Shown here one piece after another: positions 36,848 to 49,625 of a DNA stretch of 49,625 nt; position 1 is the first letter of the stretch, and the number at the start of each line of letters is the position of its first letter. This DNA comes from Octopus bimaculoides. Taxonomy: Eukaryota. The stretch is from positions 65,022,199-65,071,823 of the forward strand of contig NC_068981.1 of assembly GCF_001194135.2 (NCBI RefSeq), read 5' to 3'. The position numbers were made by a program, and so were the translations under genes. Under the pieces are notes generated by a model. The model was not told the origin of the DNA and searched no databases. It worked only from the letters and a program-made list of their open reading frames with translations.

Positions 36848-36888
<41 letters not shown>

Positions 36889-37060
36889 GTGTGTGTGTGT
36901 GTATACGCACACATGCAAACATATAGTGTATGTATGATGTATGTGTGTGTGATTATACTTACATAGCATACGCCATATGCATAAACTCTACGTAATGTAT
37001 TCAGTTAACTCTTTCTTTCGTTTGGATACATAAACGAGTGTGTGTACTCAAATACCTGTT

Positions 37061-37092
<32 letters not shown>

Positions 37093-38021
37093 TGTATGTA
37101 CGTTCGTACGTATGTATGTATGTATGTATGTATGTATGTATGTATAAGCACTTATGAATGGTCACAGAGTGGGGTGAATTGATGTAATTGAGTATATCAT
37201 ATGCTTTCTGCGATTCGCGATTATACCTGAGTAAACGCACAAACACACACACATAAAAAAAAGAGAAATCAATTCTTTACGAAGCTTCAAATTCACGAGA
37301 TTAGAAATTTAGTTTTCGTCACGTTCTTATCATTTCCAAAGTTCTTATACGAAGTCAGTGCTAAGTGAAGCAGTTTCCAAAAACAGGAAATCGAAACCGC
37401 GTCGCGGACTGCCTTAATGGAGGGCGTAGGTTGCATCACGGTGCACTATATACAATAGATAACGTGTACGCACTTACATCTCACTGGATCAATAACCCAG
37501 ATCTAGAGACATCAATATGTGTGTGTGTGTGTGTGTGGTCATGGTATATTATGTTAAAAACGTAGTAAAGTACAGTATAAAGCTCGTCCACCTTCAGATT
37601 TCACCCTGTGCTATCCAGTAGCAGTATCATACGTACTTCCAGATTTGCATTTGGACATCTGTCGTGTGTGAATAAATAATTGAAAACAATTGGAGTCAAG
37701 AAGAAGAAGTACGGTTGGACATATATTTTCAATCACTACTGCTGTTTCTACGCAACGTAGTTCTTCAGGCAGGCAGGTACATTATTATGCAACGGTTTCC
37801 CTGCATTATGAGATCTAGTTGTGTTTCCTCGGGCGATATGTAAATATGTGTTGCAAGAAACAGCTAGGTTTCTTTCTCTGACATTTTACATGGTTCAATC
37901 TACACAAGTTAATGTGTGACAAGCTAAATAGGAATTTTGAAAGAGGTTTCTATAAGACTAATTTTTTTTTTTAATTGAATGGTTATGGGGGTCCACTAGA
38001 ATAAAATAATAATCATAGATA

Positions 38022-39312
38022 TGTAGTGAAACTACCTCCCGCCATTAGATACAAACTACTATCGCCATTACATACAATCTTCTCATTTAAATATAAATAA
38101 ATGCGAGCGTAGTAGAAAACACCAGCCTTGTCATCACGTGACTGATTATTATTTGAAGCGGCAAATTCTTCGAACCGTTCCCGCCAGAACGCAAACTGAC
38201 CAATCACAGCCCTTAATAAGGTCACGTGATAGTGTTTTTCTATCACCGTCTTGGAGCCCTCTTAACGCTATAAATAGATCAACTCATACCCAACAAATTT
38301 GTCTCGGTTCAGTTTCTCTTAGAGACTGTTCCGTGTACCACACGACAGCAGCAGCAACAATCAGCCAGCGNNNNNNNNNNNNNNNNNNNNNNNNNNNNNN
38401 NNNNNNNNNNNNNNNNNNNNNNNNNNNNNNNNNNNNNNNNNNNNNNNNNNNNNNNNNNNNNNNNNNNNNNNNNNNNNNNNNNNNNNNNNNNNNNNNNNNN
38501 NNNNNNNNNNNNNNNNNNNNNNNNNNNNNNNNNNNNNNNNNNNNNNNNNNNNNNNNNNNNNNNNNNNNNNNNNNNNNNNNNNNNNNNNNNNNNNNNNNNN
38601 NNNNNNNNNNNNNNNNNNNNNNNNNNNNNNNNNNNNNNNNNNNNNNNNNNNNNNNNNNNNNNNNNNNNNNNNNNNNNNNNNNNNNNNNNNNNNNNNNNNN
38701 NNNNNNNNNNNNNNNNNNNNNNNNNNNNNNNNNNNNNNNNNNNNNNNNNNNNNNNNNNNNNNNNNNNNNNNNNNNNNNNNNNNNNNNNNNNNNNNNNNNN
38801 NNNNNNNNNNNNNNNNNNNNNNNNNNNNNNNNNNNNNNNNNNNNNNNNNNNNNNNNNNNNNNNNNNNNNNNNGATCAGCTCTGCCACACTCAGCCTCCCC
38901 AACTTCACATACAGAACTTTTCCTAGAGTGTACTAAAGAACTGGTATAATTGCTCACGTGTTATTGACTCTTTCTATTTGCTGTAATAACTCACACACAT
39001 GTATCACTCACATACACACTTTTCTTTGTATGACGGCCTGTCTTTGATTATGTTCTTATATGTCGCATTTCACACTCACACACAGACATACATCTTTAAC
39101 GCCATAATAAATATCTCTGTTATTCATCTAATACGGTTGTGGTCTTTCATTACTGGTCACATATGTTATTGTAGCATAACATATTTTGTATATCATATTT
39201 GATATATATATTTTTGTGTTCGACCGTGTGACACGTTTAAATAAAAGGAGTCCTCTGTTTTTCCATTCGTCACCATTTCTCCTTTTATGAGTTCTCACGG
39301 TCGTTCCTTACA
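38022..39312 (+). mobile_element. Solo LTR (probably Ty3/gypsy-type), includes 502 N
   Basis: Starts TGTAGTGAAAC, ends GTTCCTTACA; GATA on both sides (38018-38021, 39313-39316); internal CCAAT, TATA and AATAAA in LTR order. Confidence 0.75.
38134..38276 (+). promoter_or_regulatory. Pol II promoter-like motif cluster in the LTR U3 region
   Basis: TCACGTGA at 38134 and 38222, TTCCCGCC about 38178, CCAAT 38200, TATAAATA 38269; activity not demonstrated. Confidence 0.55.
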
Positions 39313-39833
39313 GATACAAAATAGTTGAAGACCTCTGATCTACATAATGTCGATATCAGAAGACGACGTCATTTAATCTCTTTATCAGCCTAACCTCTTT
39401 ATTTGTCATCGTAAATGAATGACACAGTGAATGAATGACACCGTGAATGAATGTCACTGTTACAGAAGGATTTCCTCTGTGGTGTGTGTGTGTGTGTGTG
39501 CGTGCGCGCGCGCTCGTGTATTGATATCCAACATAAATACAAAGCTACAAATCTATGTGAGCTGAGCATAGTCGATCAAACCATCCGCAGTAATTAAATT
39601 GGCTGGTAATTTATTTTTATCGATCCATCAAAGATCAAAGGCAAAAATGAACACAGAACGTAAAATACTGTGACTAAAAACAAACAAAGCCTTTTGTCCG
39701 ACGCTCTACCAAGTCTGCCAATCCATAACCCTATGTATTACCGGCAGTGTGTATACATAGACTTTTTTATTCATTCATTTTTTTTTTCTCTTATTTGTTT
39801 CAATCATTAGACGACGACAATATTTTCCTAACC

Positions 39834-39899
39834 TATTGGGTTGTCCGGAAAGTTCGTGCCGATTTATAGTAGCTTACCTTTCGACTCATTTGCCATGAA
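39834..39899 (+). mobile_element. Mariner-like left TIR running into gap
   Basis: TATTGGGTTGTCCGGAAAGTTCGTGCCGATTT resembles TATT(A/G)GGTTG-type mariner ends (family knowledge). Confidence 0.55.
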
Positions 39900-40794
39900 N
39901 NNNNNNNNNNNNNNNNNNNNNNNNNNNNNNNNNNNNNNNNNNNNNNNNNNNNNNNNNNNNNNNNNNNNNNNNNNNNNNNNNNNNNNNNNNNNNNNNNNNN
40001 NNNNNNNNNNNNNNNNNNNNNNNNNNNNNNNNNNNNNNNNNNNNNNNNNNNNNNNNNNNNNNNNNNNNNNNNNNNNNNNNNNNNNNNNNNNNNNNNNNNN
40101 NNNNNNNNNNNNNNNNNNNNNNNNNNNNNNNNNNNNNNNNNNNNNNNNNNNNNNNNNNNNNNNNNNNNNNNNNNNNNNNNNNNNNNNNNNNNNNNNNNNN
40201 NNNNNNNNNNNNNNNNNNNNNNNNNNNNNNNNNNNNNNNNNNNNNNNNNNNNNNNNNNNNNNNNNNNNNNNNNNNNNNNNNNNNNNNNNNNNNNNNNNNN
40301 NNNNNNNNNNNNNNNNNNNNNNNNNNNNNNNNNNNNNNNNNNNNNNNNNNNNNNNNNNNNNNNNNNNNNNNNNNNNNNNNNNNNNNNNNNNNNNNNNNNN
40401 NNNNNNNNNNNNNNNNNNNNNNNNNNNNNNNNNNNNNNNNNNNNNNNNNNNNNNNNNNNNNNNNNNNNNNNNNNNNNNNNNNNNNNNNNNNNNNNNNNNN
40501 NNNNNNNNNNNNNNNNNNNNNNNNNNNNNNNNNNNNNNNNNNNNNNNNNNNNNNNNNNNNNNNNNNNNNNNNNNNNNNNNNNNNNNNNNNNNNNNNNNNN
40601 NNNNNNNNNNNNNNNNNNNNNNNNNNNNNNNNNNNNNNNNNNNNNNNNNNNNNNNNNNNNNNNNNNNNNNNNNNNNNNNNNNNNNNNNNNNNNNNNNNNN
40701 NNNNNNNNNNNNNNNNNNNNNNNNNNNNNNNNNNNNNNNNNNNNNNNNNNNNNNNNNNNNNNNNNNNNNNNNNNNNNNNNNNNNNNNNNNNNNN

Positions 40795-41086
40795 GAAAGA
40801 TGTTACTTTAAAAAAAAACATTTTAAAAAATGCTTGGCGCAAAATTTTGCCTACTATAATCGATGAAAATGAGCTTTCGGATGAAGATGTTAAAGAATTC
40901 CATGTGACTAACGAAAAGATGACATCAATCCTCATTACTTGTGCCAAAAATTTATCAGCCGTGTGAGTAAATAAGTTAAAGGCAGCTGACGTCGAAGAAG
41001 TACTGCACATTGACAATGTTACATATGTTGTGCATTCCTTGAGTGATGGAGAAATAGCGAAAATGGTGTTGAATAAGACAAACATC

Positions 41087-41120
<34 letters not shown>

Positions 41121-41734
41121 CGATGATGATGATGACATTCTGAACATAATGGAAAAAATTCCCATTTTTAATATGGTGAAAATATGTGATCAATCACTTG
41201 CTGGCTTGGAACAATATGCCTCCATCAACGAGAGCATGAGAATATGGCAATTTACTCAATTAAAGGGAGATTGCATAGGCAGAAACCTATGTTAATATAT
41301 GTAGGTATATTGTTTGAGACTGCTGACTATAAAAGAACTCTTTAAAAAGTCTGGCTCTCGTAGAACTACCGAACTTGAGAATCCTGTAATTAGCTCTTCA
41401 TCAGATGTCCAACATCAACCGGAAAATGATGGTCATCATGGCAGTGAATACAGCATTGATGTAGCTCCTTTCCCAAAATCTTCATGCTGAATATAATGTA
41501 ATTTTACTACAAGTTTTCGTAAATGTGCTTAGCTTAACTTGAATCTGCTTATATTTGAAGTTTTGCAGAAGGCTTTGGTAAAAAAATAAAATGTATGCAA
41601 GTAAATTTATGGCTTATCTTTATCCAGCATCTTTTGCCAGATAATATGGTACATTATGAATAAACTGTAATATTATTCAGTTATTATTAATCCCACTTTA
41701 TATGTTCATACCGCAAATGAATAATACTGTGCTT

Positions 41735-41782
<48 letters not shown>

Positions 41783-41813
41783 TTATCGCCAAATATCCAG
41801 TACCGCTGCCGTA
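40795..41813 (+). mobile_element. Tigger/pogo transposase C-terminal relic plus 3' region; (GAT)n expansion inside
   Basis: LKNAWRKILP, EDVKEFHV, DVEEVLHIDNVTYVVHSLSDGEIAKMVLN resemble the post-DDE tail of Tigger/TIGD-type transposases; stops present; both ends in gaps. Confidence 0.7.
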
Positions 41814-43103
41814 NNNNNNNNNNNNNNNNNNNNNNNNNNNNNNNNNNNNNNNNNNNNNNNNNNNNNNNNNNNNNNNNNNNNNNNNNNNNNNNNNNNNNNN
41901 NNNNNNNNNNNNNNNNNNNNNNNNNNNNNNNNNNNNNNNNNNNNNNNNNNNNNNNNNNNNNNNNNNNNNNNNNNNNNNNNNNNNNNNNNNNNNNNNNNNN
42001 NNNNNNNNNNNNNNNNNNNNNNNNNNNNNNNNNNNNNNNNNNNNNNNNNNNNNNNNNNNNNNNNNNNNNNNNNNNNNNNNNNNNNNNNNNNNNNNNNNNN
42101 NNNNNNNNNNNNNNNNNNNNNNNNNNNNNNNNNNNNNNNNNNNNNNNNNNNNNNNNNNNNNNNNNNNNNNNNNNNNNNNNNNNNNNNNNNNNNNNNNNNN
42201 NNNNNNNNNNNNNNNNNNNNNNNNNNNNNNNNNNNNNNNNNNNNNNNNNNNNNNNNNNNNNNNNNNNNNNNNNNNNNNNNNNNNNNNNNNNNNNNNNNNN
42301 NNNNNNNNNNNNNNNNNNNNNNNNNNNNNNNNNNNNNNNNNNNNNNNNNNNNNNNNNNNNNNNNNNNNNNNNNNNNNNNNNNNNNNNNNNNNNNNNNNNN
42401 NNNNNNNNNNNNNNNNNNNNNNNNNNNNNNNNNNNNNNNNNNNNNNNNNNNNNNNNNNNNNNNNNNNNNNNNNNNNNNNNNNNNNNNNNNNNNNNNNNNN
42501 NNNNNNNNNNNNNNNNNNNNNNNNNNNNNNNNNNNNNNNNNNNNNNNNNNNNNNNNNNNNNNNNNNNNNNNNNNNNNNNNNNNNNNNNNNNNNNNNNNNN
42601 NNNNNNNNNNNNNNNNNNNNNNNNNNNNNNNNNNNNNNNNNNNNNNNNNNNNNNNNNNNNNNNNNNNNNNNNNNNNNNNNNNNNNNNNNNNNNNNNNNNN
42701 NNNNNNNNNNAGTTTCTGTTCTAGAATATTCTTAAAGGAACGAAAAATTATCCAGCAACTCGGGCTAATACGAAGGAGCCTGGTAGGTGTAAAAGACTAA
42801 ATGGCATCTCTTGTCAAGAGTACAGGCGACAGTCAGGTCGCTAATGCTTGTTGTGCACTCCACTGTCGTTATTTGATTGCTGTTATTCTGTGCGCTTGTG
42901 AGTAAAGATCGGTTGTGTTTTGCAGGGCTGCTTTATTTTTAGCCTTAACTTAGAAATGGAAAAAGACATAGTGCTAGATATAAGACATAAGCCGTTTGGG
43001 GCTAGAAATATTGCGGGAAAACGTGAAATTCTTCGAGCAGGCATGTGTTTTATACGAAGTCTGTAATGGACCTGAGTCACTCCGATGACTTGGAGTCGCC
43101 TCT

Positions 43104-43140
<37 letters not shown>

Positions 43141-43164
43141 GGGGGGAGTGAGAGACAGAGTCAC

Positions 43165-44053
43165 AGCAAGACGTGGAGAAACTAAAAAACTAAAGTTAAA
43201 AACCAGAAAAGGGTACAAAAGTTATCTGAATGGCAGGAGAAGGCTTTGCATGGTAGATTCCCAAAGATAGTTGCAGCAAATAGTAGTAGTGAAACAGGGT
43301 TATGGTTGCAGAAAGGAAGACTGAAAAGGGAGATATAAAGTTTATTAATAGCAGTACAAGGTCAAGTATTAAGGGCTAATTGGATAAAAGCCAAGATAAG
43401 CAAAATCCAAGTAGATTTCCAATGTAGGTTATGCAAATCAAAAGAGGTAAATGTTACTCATATAGTCAGTGAATGTTGCATGCTGGCACAGAAAGAATAG
43501 AAGAAAAGACATAACAACCTAGAGAGAGTAATCCAATGGGAGTTATGTAGAAAGCTAGGATTTGACCATATTGATAAACGGTATGAATATGAACCTTGTA
43601 AAGTGCTAGAAAGTACTAAATGTAAGATGTTGTGGGATTTAACATTCAGACTGACAGAGTAATAGAAGTTAGAAGGCCTGATTTAGTAGTAGTATACAAA
43701 GAGAAAAGAAAGTGCCAGATAATTGACTTTACTGTCCCAAATGATGACAAAATCAATATTAGAGGTATAGAAAAAATAACAAAGTACTGGGACCTAGCCA
43801 TTGAATTACAGAGACTATGGAAAGTGCAGATAAAATGTATCCCAGTAGCTATAGGTGCATTAGGAATTATCCCTAAAGATTTGAACAGGCGGATAGAGGA
43901 AATAGGCACAAAACCCAGTTTAGTACAGCTCCAGAAAACAGTGTTATTAGGGACAGCTAGGATTCTTAGGAGGGTTCTTGGCATCTATAGTTACTTGCTG
44001 TAGCCCGATGTTAGGAATTCTAATTTTCCAACTGTCTAATCTGTTGTATGTAT
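43165..44053 (+). mobile_element. 5'-truncated R4/Dong-type non-LTR retrotransposon, copy 1 (zinc finger + RLE)
   Basis: ALHGRF, CRLCKSKEVNVTHIVSEC, KRHNN, FNIQTDRVIEVRRPDLVVV, IIDFTVP, EKITKY, IPVAIGALG, LLGTARILRRVL; followed by (GAT)n(AAT)n. Confidence 0.85.
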
Positions 44054-45375
<1,322 letters not shown>

Positions 45376-45585
45376 CCTTTCTACTAAAGTCACAAGGCCT
45401 GAAATTTTTGGGGAGGGGACTAGTCGATTACATTACCCACAATTTTTCAGTGGTCTTAATTTATCGACCCCAAAAGGATGAAAGGCAAAGTAGGCCTCAG
45501 CGGAACTTGAACTCAGAACGTAAAGGCGGACGAAATGCTGCTAAGCATTTTGCCCGGCGTGCTAACGATTCTGCCATCTCACCGC
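45376..45585 (-). mobile_element. SINE-A whose (ATT)n tail (45295-45375) abuts the 3' end of R4/Dong copy 2
   Basis: Aligns to 14777-14980; minus-strand end GTAGAAAGG(ATT)n. Confidence 0.88.
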
Positions 45586-45619
45586 AGCATACACGACATA
45601 GAAACGATTAGGTACTCAA

Positions 45620-46680
45620 TAGAGACTATGCTCTTCAAAAACAGTTCTGTCTCGGTCAAATGTCAGATCCCACATATTCATATGACATTCGTATGAGGTT
45701 GTTTGACAAGGCAGATATATGTAATCTCATCGACCTGTACATAGAAGATGTTCTAAGCACGAAATTAGCTACATCAAGCATTGGATTACATAGAGATGAC
45801 GAGCAAGCTGTCTCTCGTTATATCAAGGAATATATAATCTTTAAAGAAAGCCTCATTAACACATTCAACTTTAGGTCATAGTCATAGTGTTGTAAACTAA
45901 ACCGTACAATAAACCAAACGAGGAACTCGTACATTTCAGTAAACGCTTTTGTCAGCTGCATTGACTTTGAAAATCTAATAAGTAATATCAGAAGTATTTC
46001 CAGCCAATCTTCAAAAAAAATTTTGGTAAGGTGGCAATCTATTACAATAATACTTTAACTATCCCCAACCGCCTATCATCCCGCATTATGGACAGCGACC
46101 CAATATTACCTCCCAAATTTCCTAGCCCAATAAATATTTCCCCATTCACTGCTGCCAAAGGAACTCTTCAACAGGAACTGTAAAAAATCAGTTAGAGCTT
46201 CGCCCTTGACATTAAAATCATTATAATGCATTAGCCAAAAGTGTTAAATGCACTAAACTGCACATAAAGAAATCCCCATGACTGCCAGCTCAACAAATCA
46301 AGTAATGTCGAAATGACAGTATATGAAACAGTAACTATATCTACCATACCTAGCCAAATGATAGAAAGAATACACTACATGCGAATGACATTGGAATTCA
46401 AATAACGTTACTGTAAGCATGTTTCGTCTTGAGACATATTCAAAAGAAAAACATAACATTTCATTAAACTACATCTGGAACTTAAAAGAAAACACTAACT
46501 TTGATATCTTATGGAGTATTATATGGAAGAGCCTCACAATCAATAGCAAAAAATCCATGAATCATTTAAATTCAAGGTTATAGTTCTTCGCCAAATGTTA
46601 CCAAATCAACAACTTTCTTCTCATATTCTGGGAACTGACTCCTTCACTGCATTAAACATATAAACATTAAATAATTACTA
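45620..46680 (+). pseudogene. Penelope-like element relic: RT C-terminal half + GIY-YIG endonuclease
   Basis: FDKADICNLIDLYI...IGLHRDD (PLE YDGAE.CELVGLY...GLYRDD), NKPN; then DCQLNK..VYET, EFK*RY..H and LNYIWNLKENTNFDILWSI, matching the PLE GIY-YIG region in order. Confidence 0.75.
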
Positions 46681-46943
46681 GCTTAGCGTTGTCATCCGAC
46701 AAGATTTATACCCCAGAAATTCACAGAATAACAAGCTGAAACTGATAGATACTACTCTTGCTACACTTTATTCCAAATCATTTCTTAAATACATCAGGCT
46801 TGCACGACAAATAACCATCCTAGTCCTTAGAATTTCTTCTGTTTACTCTTAGCCATTTTCTGCAAGCAGTTGATATTCCACTTAAAGCCCACTGAATGAA
46901 TTACGCCCTTTACAGCAACTTTCGCATAACCGGATATATTCCA

Positions 46944-47430
46944 TACGAGGGTGGGATGAAAAGTTCACAGGTTGACTATGAAGGAGTGATGCTTGTGTTG
47001 TGAAATCTCGCATGAATTAGTTTAGCCCCTTCTTATCAATTGTTTCTTTCCAAGTAAACTAACATCTCACTGTTCAAAGAAAACTTCAAAATAATTAGTC
47101 GCGACTTCTCTTGAAAATGAACAAAATTTGGCATCGTGGTGTTATCAAGTACCGGCAGAAAAAGGGCTTAGCCTCCAAGGACATTCATGCTGAAATCGTT
47201 GCTACATTAGAGAATGTCGTTCCAGCTTTATCAACTATGCAAAAGTTTGCAACTGAATTTAGTAGAAGTGAAAGTCTCGATGATGACCCAAAATGTGGAC
47301 GTCTTACAACTACCACCACTGAGCAAAACATTGATCGTGTACATCACATGCTGACGGGTAACAGGTGATTGACAATAAATCAAATAGTCAATGCTATTAG
47401 CATATTCTGTGAGAGAGTTGAGAATATTTA
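46944..47430 (+). mobile_element. Mariner element 5' part: left TIR + transposase N-terminal HTH region (ATG 47117, truncated)
   Basis: TACGAGGGTGGGATGAAAAGTTC end; MNKIWHRGVIKY..KGL..KDIHAEI...LSTMQKF..EF...SLDDDPKCGR.TT.TT.QNIDRVH.M...R*LTINQI; no catalytic domain seen. Confidence 0.85.
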
Positions 47431-47724
47431 CCTATATAAAAATATACACACACAAGATTTGAATGAAAAGTACAACGTGCGTAATTGAGGACGGATAATT
47501 GGATTTTAAAGGCAACAGATCCAGTTTCTTAAAAAAAAATTGTTCTGAGATTTCAGACAAATTCTCTCTTACATTTCTTCAATGTATGAATATGTTGACG
47601 AAAACGAACTTTATTTCGGTGAGGCCGATATAATTTCGAGAGAACACTTATTATCGGGCTACACTTCAGCACAATAGATTAGAGCTTTCAAGAAACAACA
47701 ATCGTTAAGGAAGCTGTTACTTAC

Positions 47725-47875
47725 AGTGATGTAGTGTCCTTGGGCAAAACACTTTATTTCACGTCACCCCCAGTCCACTCAGCTGGAAAAAAATGAGTAG
47801 TACCTGTGTTTCAAAGAGCCAGCCTTTTCACATTCTGTGTCACGCTGAATCTCTCTGAGAACTATTACAATATTT
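47725..47875 (+). mobile_element. SINE-E body fragment
   Basis: GTGTCCTTGGGCAAAACACTTTATTTCAC..CCAGTCCACTCAGCTGG..GTGTCACGCTGAATCTCTCTGAGAACTA. Confidence 0.65.
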
Positions 47876-48938
47876 TCTGGCTCTCAAGAGAAAAACAGTT
47901 GTTTTGACATTTATTTTACTGACCCTTCAGAAATGAAAAGGCACAATCGGTATATTCACCACCACTAACACTATCACCATGGGATTTGACCTCAGAATGT
48001 TGACTAATGGAGTTAAAAGCTACAAAGCATTTATTCCAGCACCGTACAGTTTCTGTTATTTTATCATTTTTTGTTCGAACCACTGAACCTGAGATAAAGG
48101 GTTTCAATCTCTGTTTAAGTGATAATTACTAAGATTGGGTTTTCATATGTCCACAAGCCTCAAATTTGTAAAGGCAGATGGTGGAAAAGAATTAAATGAA
48201 TTGGCACCTATGGCGTTTGACTGAGAACACGAAGATTGCCACTTCCCATCTCGTCGTCGGAAGGCGATAATACGAACCCAGAAGGAAGCTTCTATGCGAT
48301 CGTTTAATCAGTCGGAAATAATTACCAAATTAATCTAAAAACAAAAACAAAAAAAAACAAGAATTAACGGTCTTCTGTTTTGGAAAAAATAGACGGACAC
48401 ATTAAATAATGTAGGCTATATACCAAATACTCAATGTTCGAGAGAAGGACGAAATGGTTGCGGCTAGAGTACTTTTGATGTGTCAGGACTGACCTGGAGC
48501 AAAACAACAACAACAATAAGTAGCTAATTATTTTATCGTACCTAGGGAACTGAGAATAATATCAGCCATGTCGAACAATTTTGCTTTATTTTATCAATCA
48601 CGGAAAAGAACATTAACCCATACGAAGCACCTCTATGCAGTCACTCGGTCACGAGAATTTGTAACATGTCTATAAAAGGACGAAGTGAATAATACATTCC
48701 TAGATTGAGTGTGGCATGTTTTTAGTAGGAGTGCCTTTGATTATAAGTGTACCCAGTCAAGGCTGATCTGTGACAACAATAACGGGCACGACGGAAAAGC
48801 AGATAGCAAGTTTATGTATTCTACATTAAGAATGTAGGTGAACTGAAGGGTATCTTGTAATGCAGGAAAATTTTCCGTGAACGCATGAAGAACATTAACA
48901 AATATGTTTAATACGTAATCAACTGAAATTACATTCAT

Positions 48939-49145
48939 AGGCTTGGCTGTGTGATAAAAAGTTTGCGTCCCAATCACATGGTTCCGGGTTCAGCACCTTG
49001 GGCAAGTGTATTCTACTATAGCCTTGAGCAGACCAAAACCTCGTGAGTGGATTTGATAGACTGAAACTGAAAGAAGCCCGTCGTGAATATGTATATATAT
49101 ATATATATTAACGGTAGTTTGTTTGGTTGTCTGTTTGTTTGTGTC
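48939..49145 (+). mobile_element. SINE-B 5' half ending in its internal (TA)n/GT-rich tract
   Basis: GGCTGTGTGATAAAAAG...GGTTCCGGGTTCAG..CCTTGGGCAAGTGT...AAGAAGCCCGTCG then TATGTATATATA. Confidence 0.85.
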
Positions 49146-49625
49146 AAGTTACCGAGCAGGGTGGCCAATCTCACCCCAGAAATGGGCCGAGAAGAAGCTG
49201 TCCCTGAAAGGGAGGGCGGAGGTAGCGAATGTGTTTATGGTATCCGTCATCACCTACCGCCTAACCGTCGTACCTCACCCAGATTCGTGTCTGGTCAAGC
49301 TGGAACGCCTGGTTTTCCGCTTTTTGTGGAGAGACAGAGGTTCACAGGTCAGATGCTCTATCTGCTGTCAACTACCGCTAAATGGAGGCATGCCTTAGCT
49401 GAAAATGCGCAGACATGCGCTCTGGCTAAGACATCTCCAGCTCCACCTAGACGATGAACAGGCGTAGTCGCCCTTCGTGAAACTCGTCTTCCCGCAGTTC
49501 ACCTCATTTAATGAACTCTCGAGGATCAAATGCAGACCTAGGTTGGGTGCTTGGCAAGCCGAGTGCTGGTTCTCACGCTTCTCTGCTGAACAAGCAATGC
49601 GAGCGGCGGGGGCTCCACCTCGTCC
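49146..49625 (+). mobile_element. 5'-truncated Tx1/L1-type LINE, post-RT region of ORF2, continues past window edge
   Basis: SRVANLT, KWAEKKLSLKGRAEVANVF, YRLTVVP, KLERLVFRFLW, CCQLPLNGGMP resemble the L1/Tx1 thumb region; frameshifts and stops. Confidence 0.8.

Noticed and set aside
39413-39465. 16-bp tandem unit GAATGACAC(A/C)GTGAAT, about 2.5 copies
   Set aside because: No spacers and too few units for a CRISPR array or meaningful minisatellite; eukaryotic context.

Overview
Eukaryotic, AT-rich, repeat-saturated window from a gappy short-read scaffold (17 N-runs, about 7.6 kb in total). The SINE families and the extreme (TA)n/(TG)n/(TACA)n/(GATA)n/(AAT)n density suggest an octopod cephalopod (inference, not verified). 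I found no intact host gene, true tRNA/rRNA gene or CRISPR array; most ORF-track entries are microsatellite or N artefacts. The window holds decayed transposons of many classes: a Tx1/L1-type LINE with ORF1 (CCHC) and ORF2 (APE+RT) at about 32.0-35.5 kb (-), a second Tx1-type piece at the right edge, a 5'-truncated RTE LINE, two tandem R4/Dong-type RLE retrotransposons, two Penelope-like relics (RT; RT+GIY-YIG), a Helitron PIF1-helicase fragment, Tigger/pogo and mariner transposase relics, several MITEs, a solo LTR (TG..CA, 4-bp TSD, intact promoter motifs) and at least five tRNA-derived SINE families (labelled A-E here only). Most notable: (i) SINE-supplied microsatellites apparently serving as landing pads for R4/Dong- and Tx1-type LINEs, (ii) a three-level nested insertion, (iii) three long inverted-repeat/foldback structures, (iv) an unrecognised domain at the Tx1 ORF1 C-terminus.
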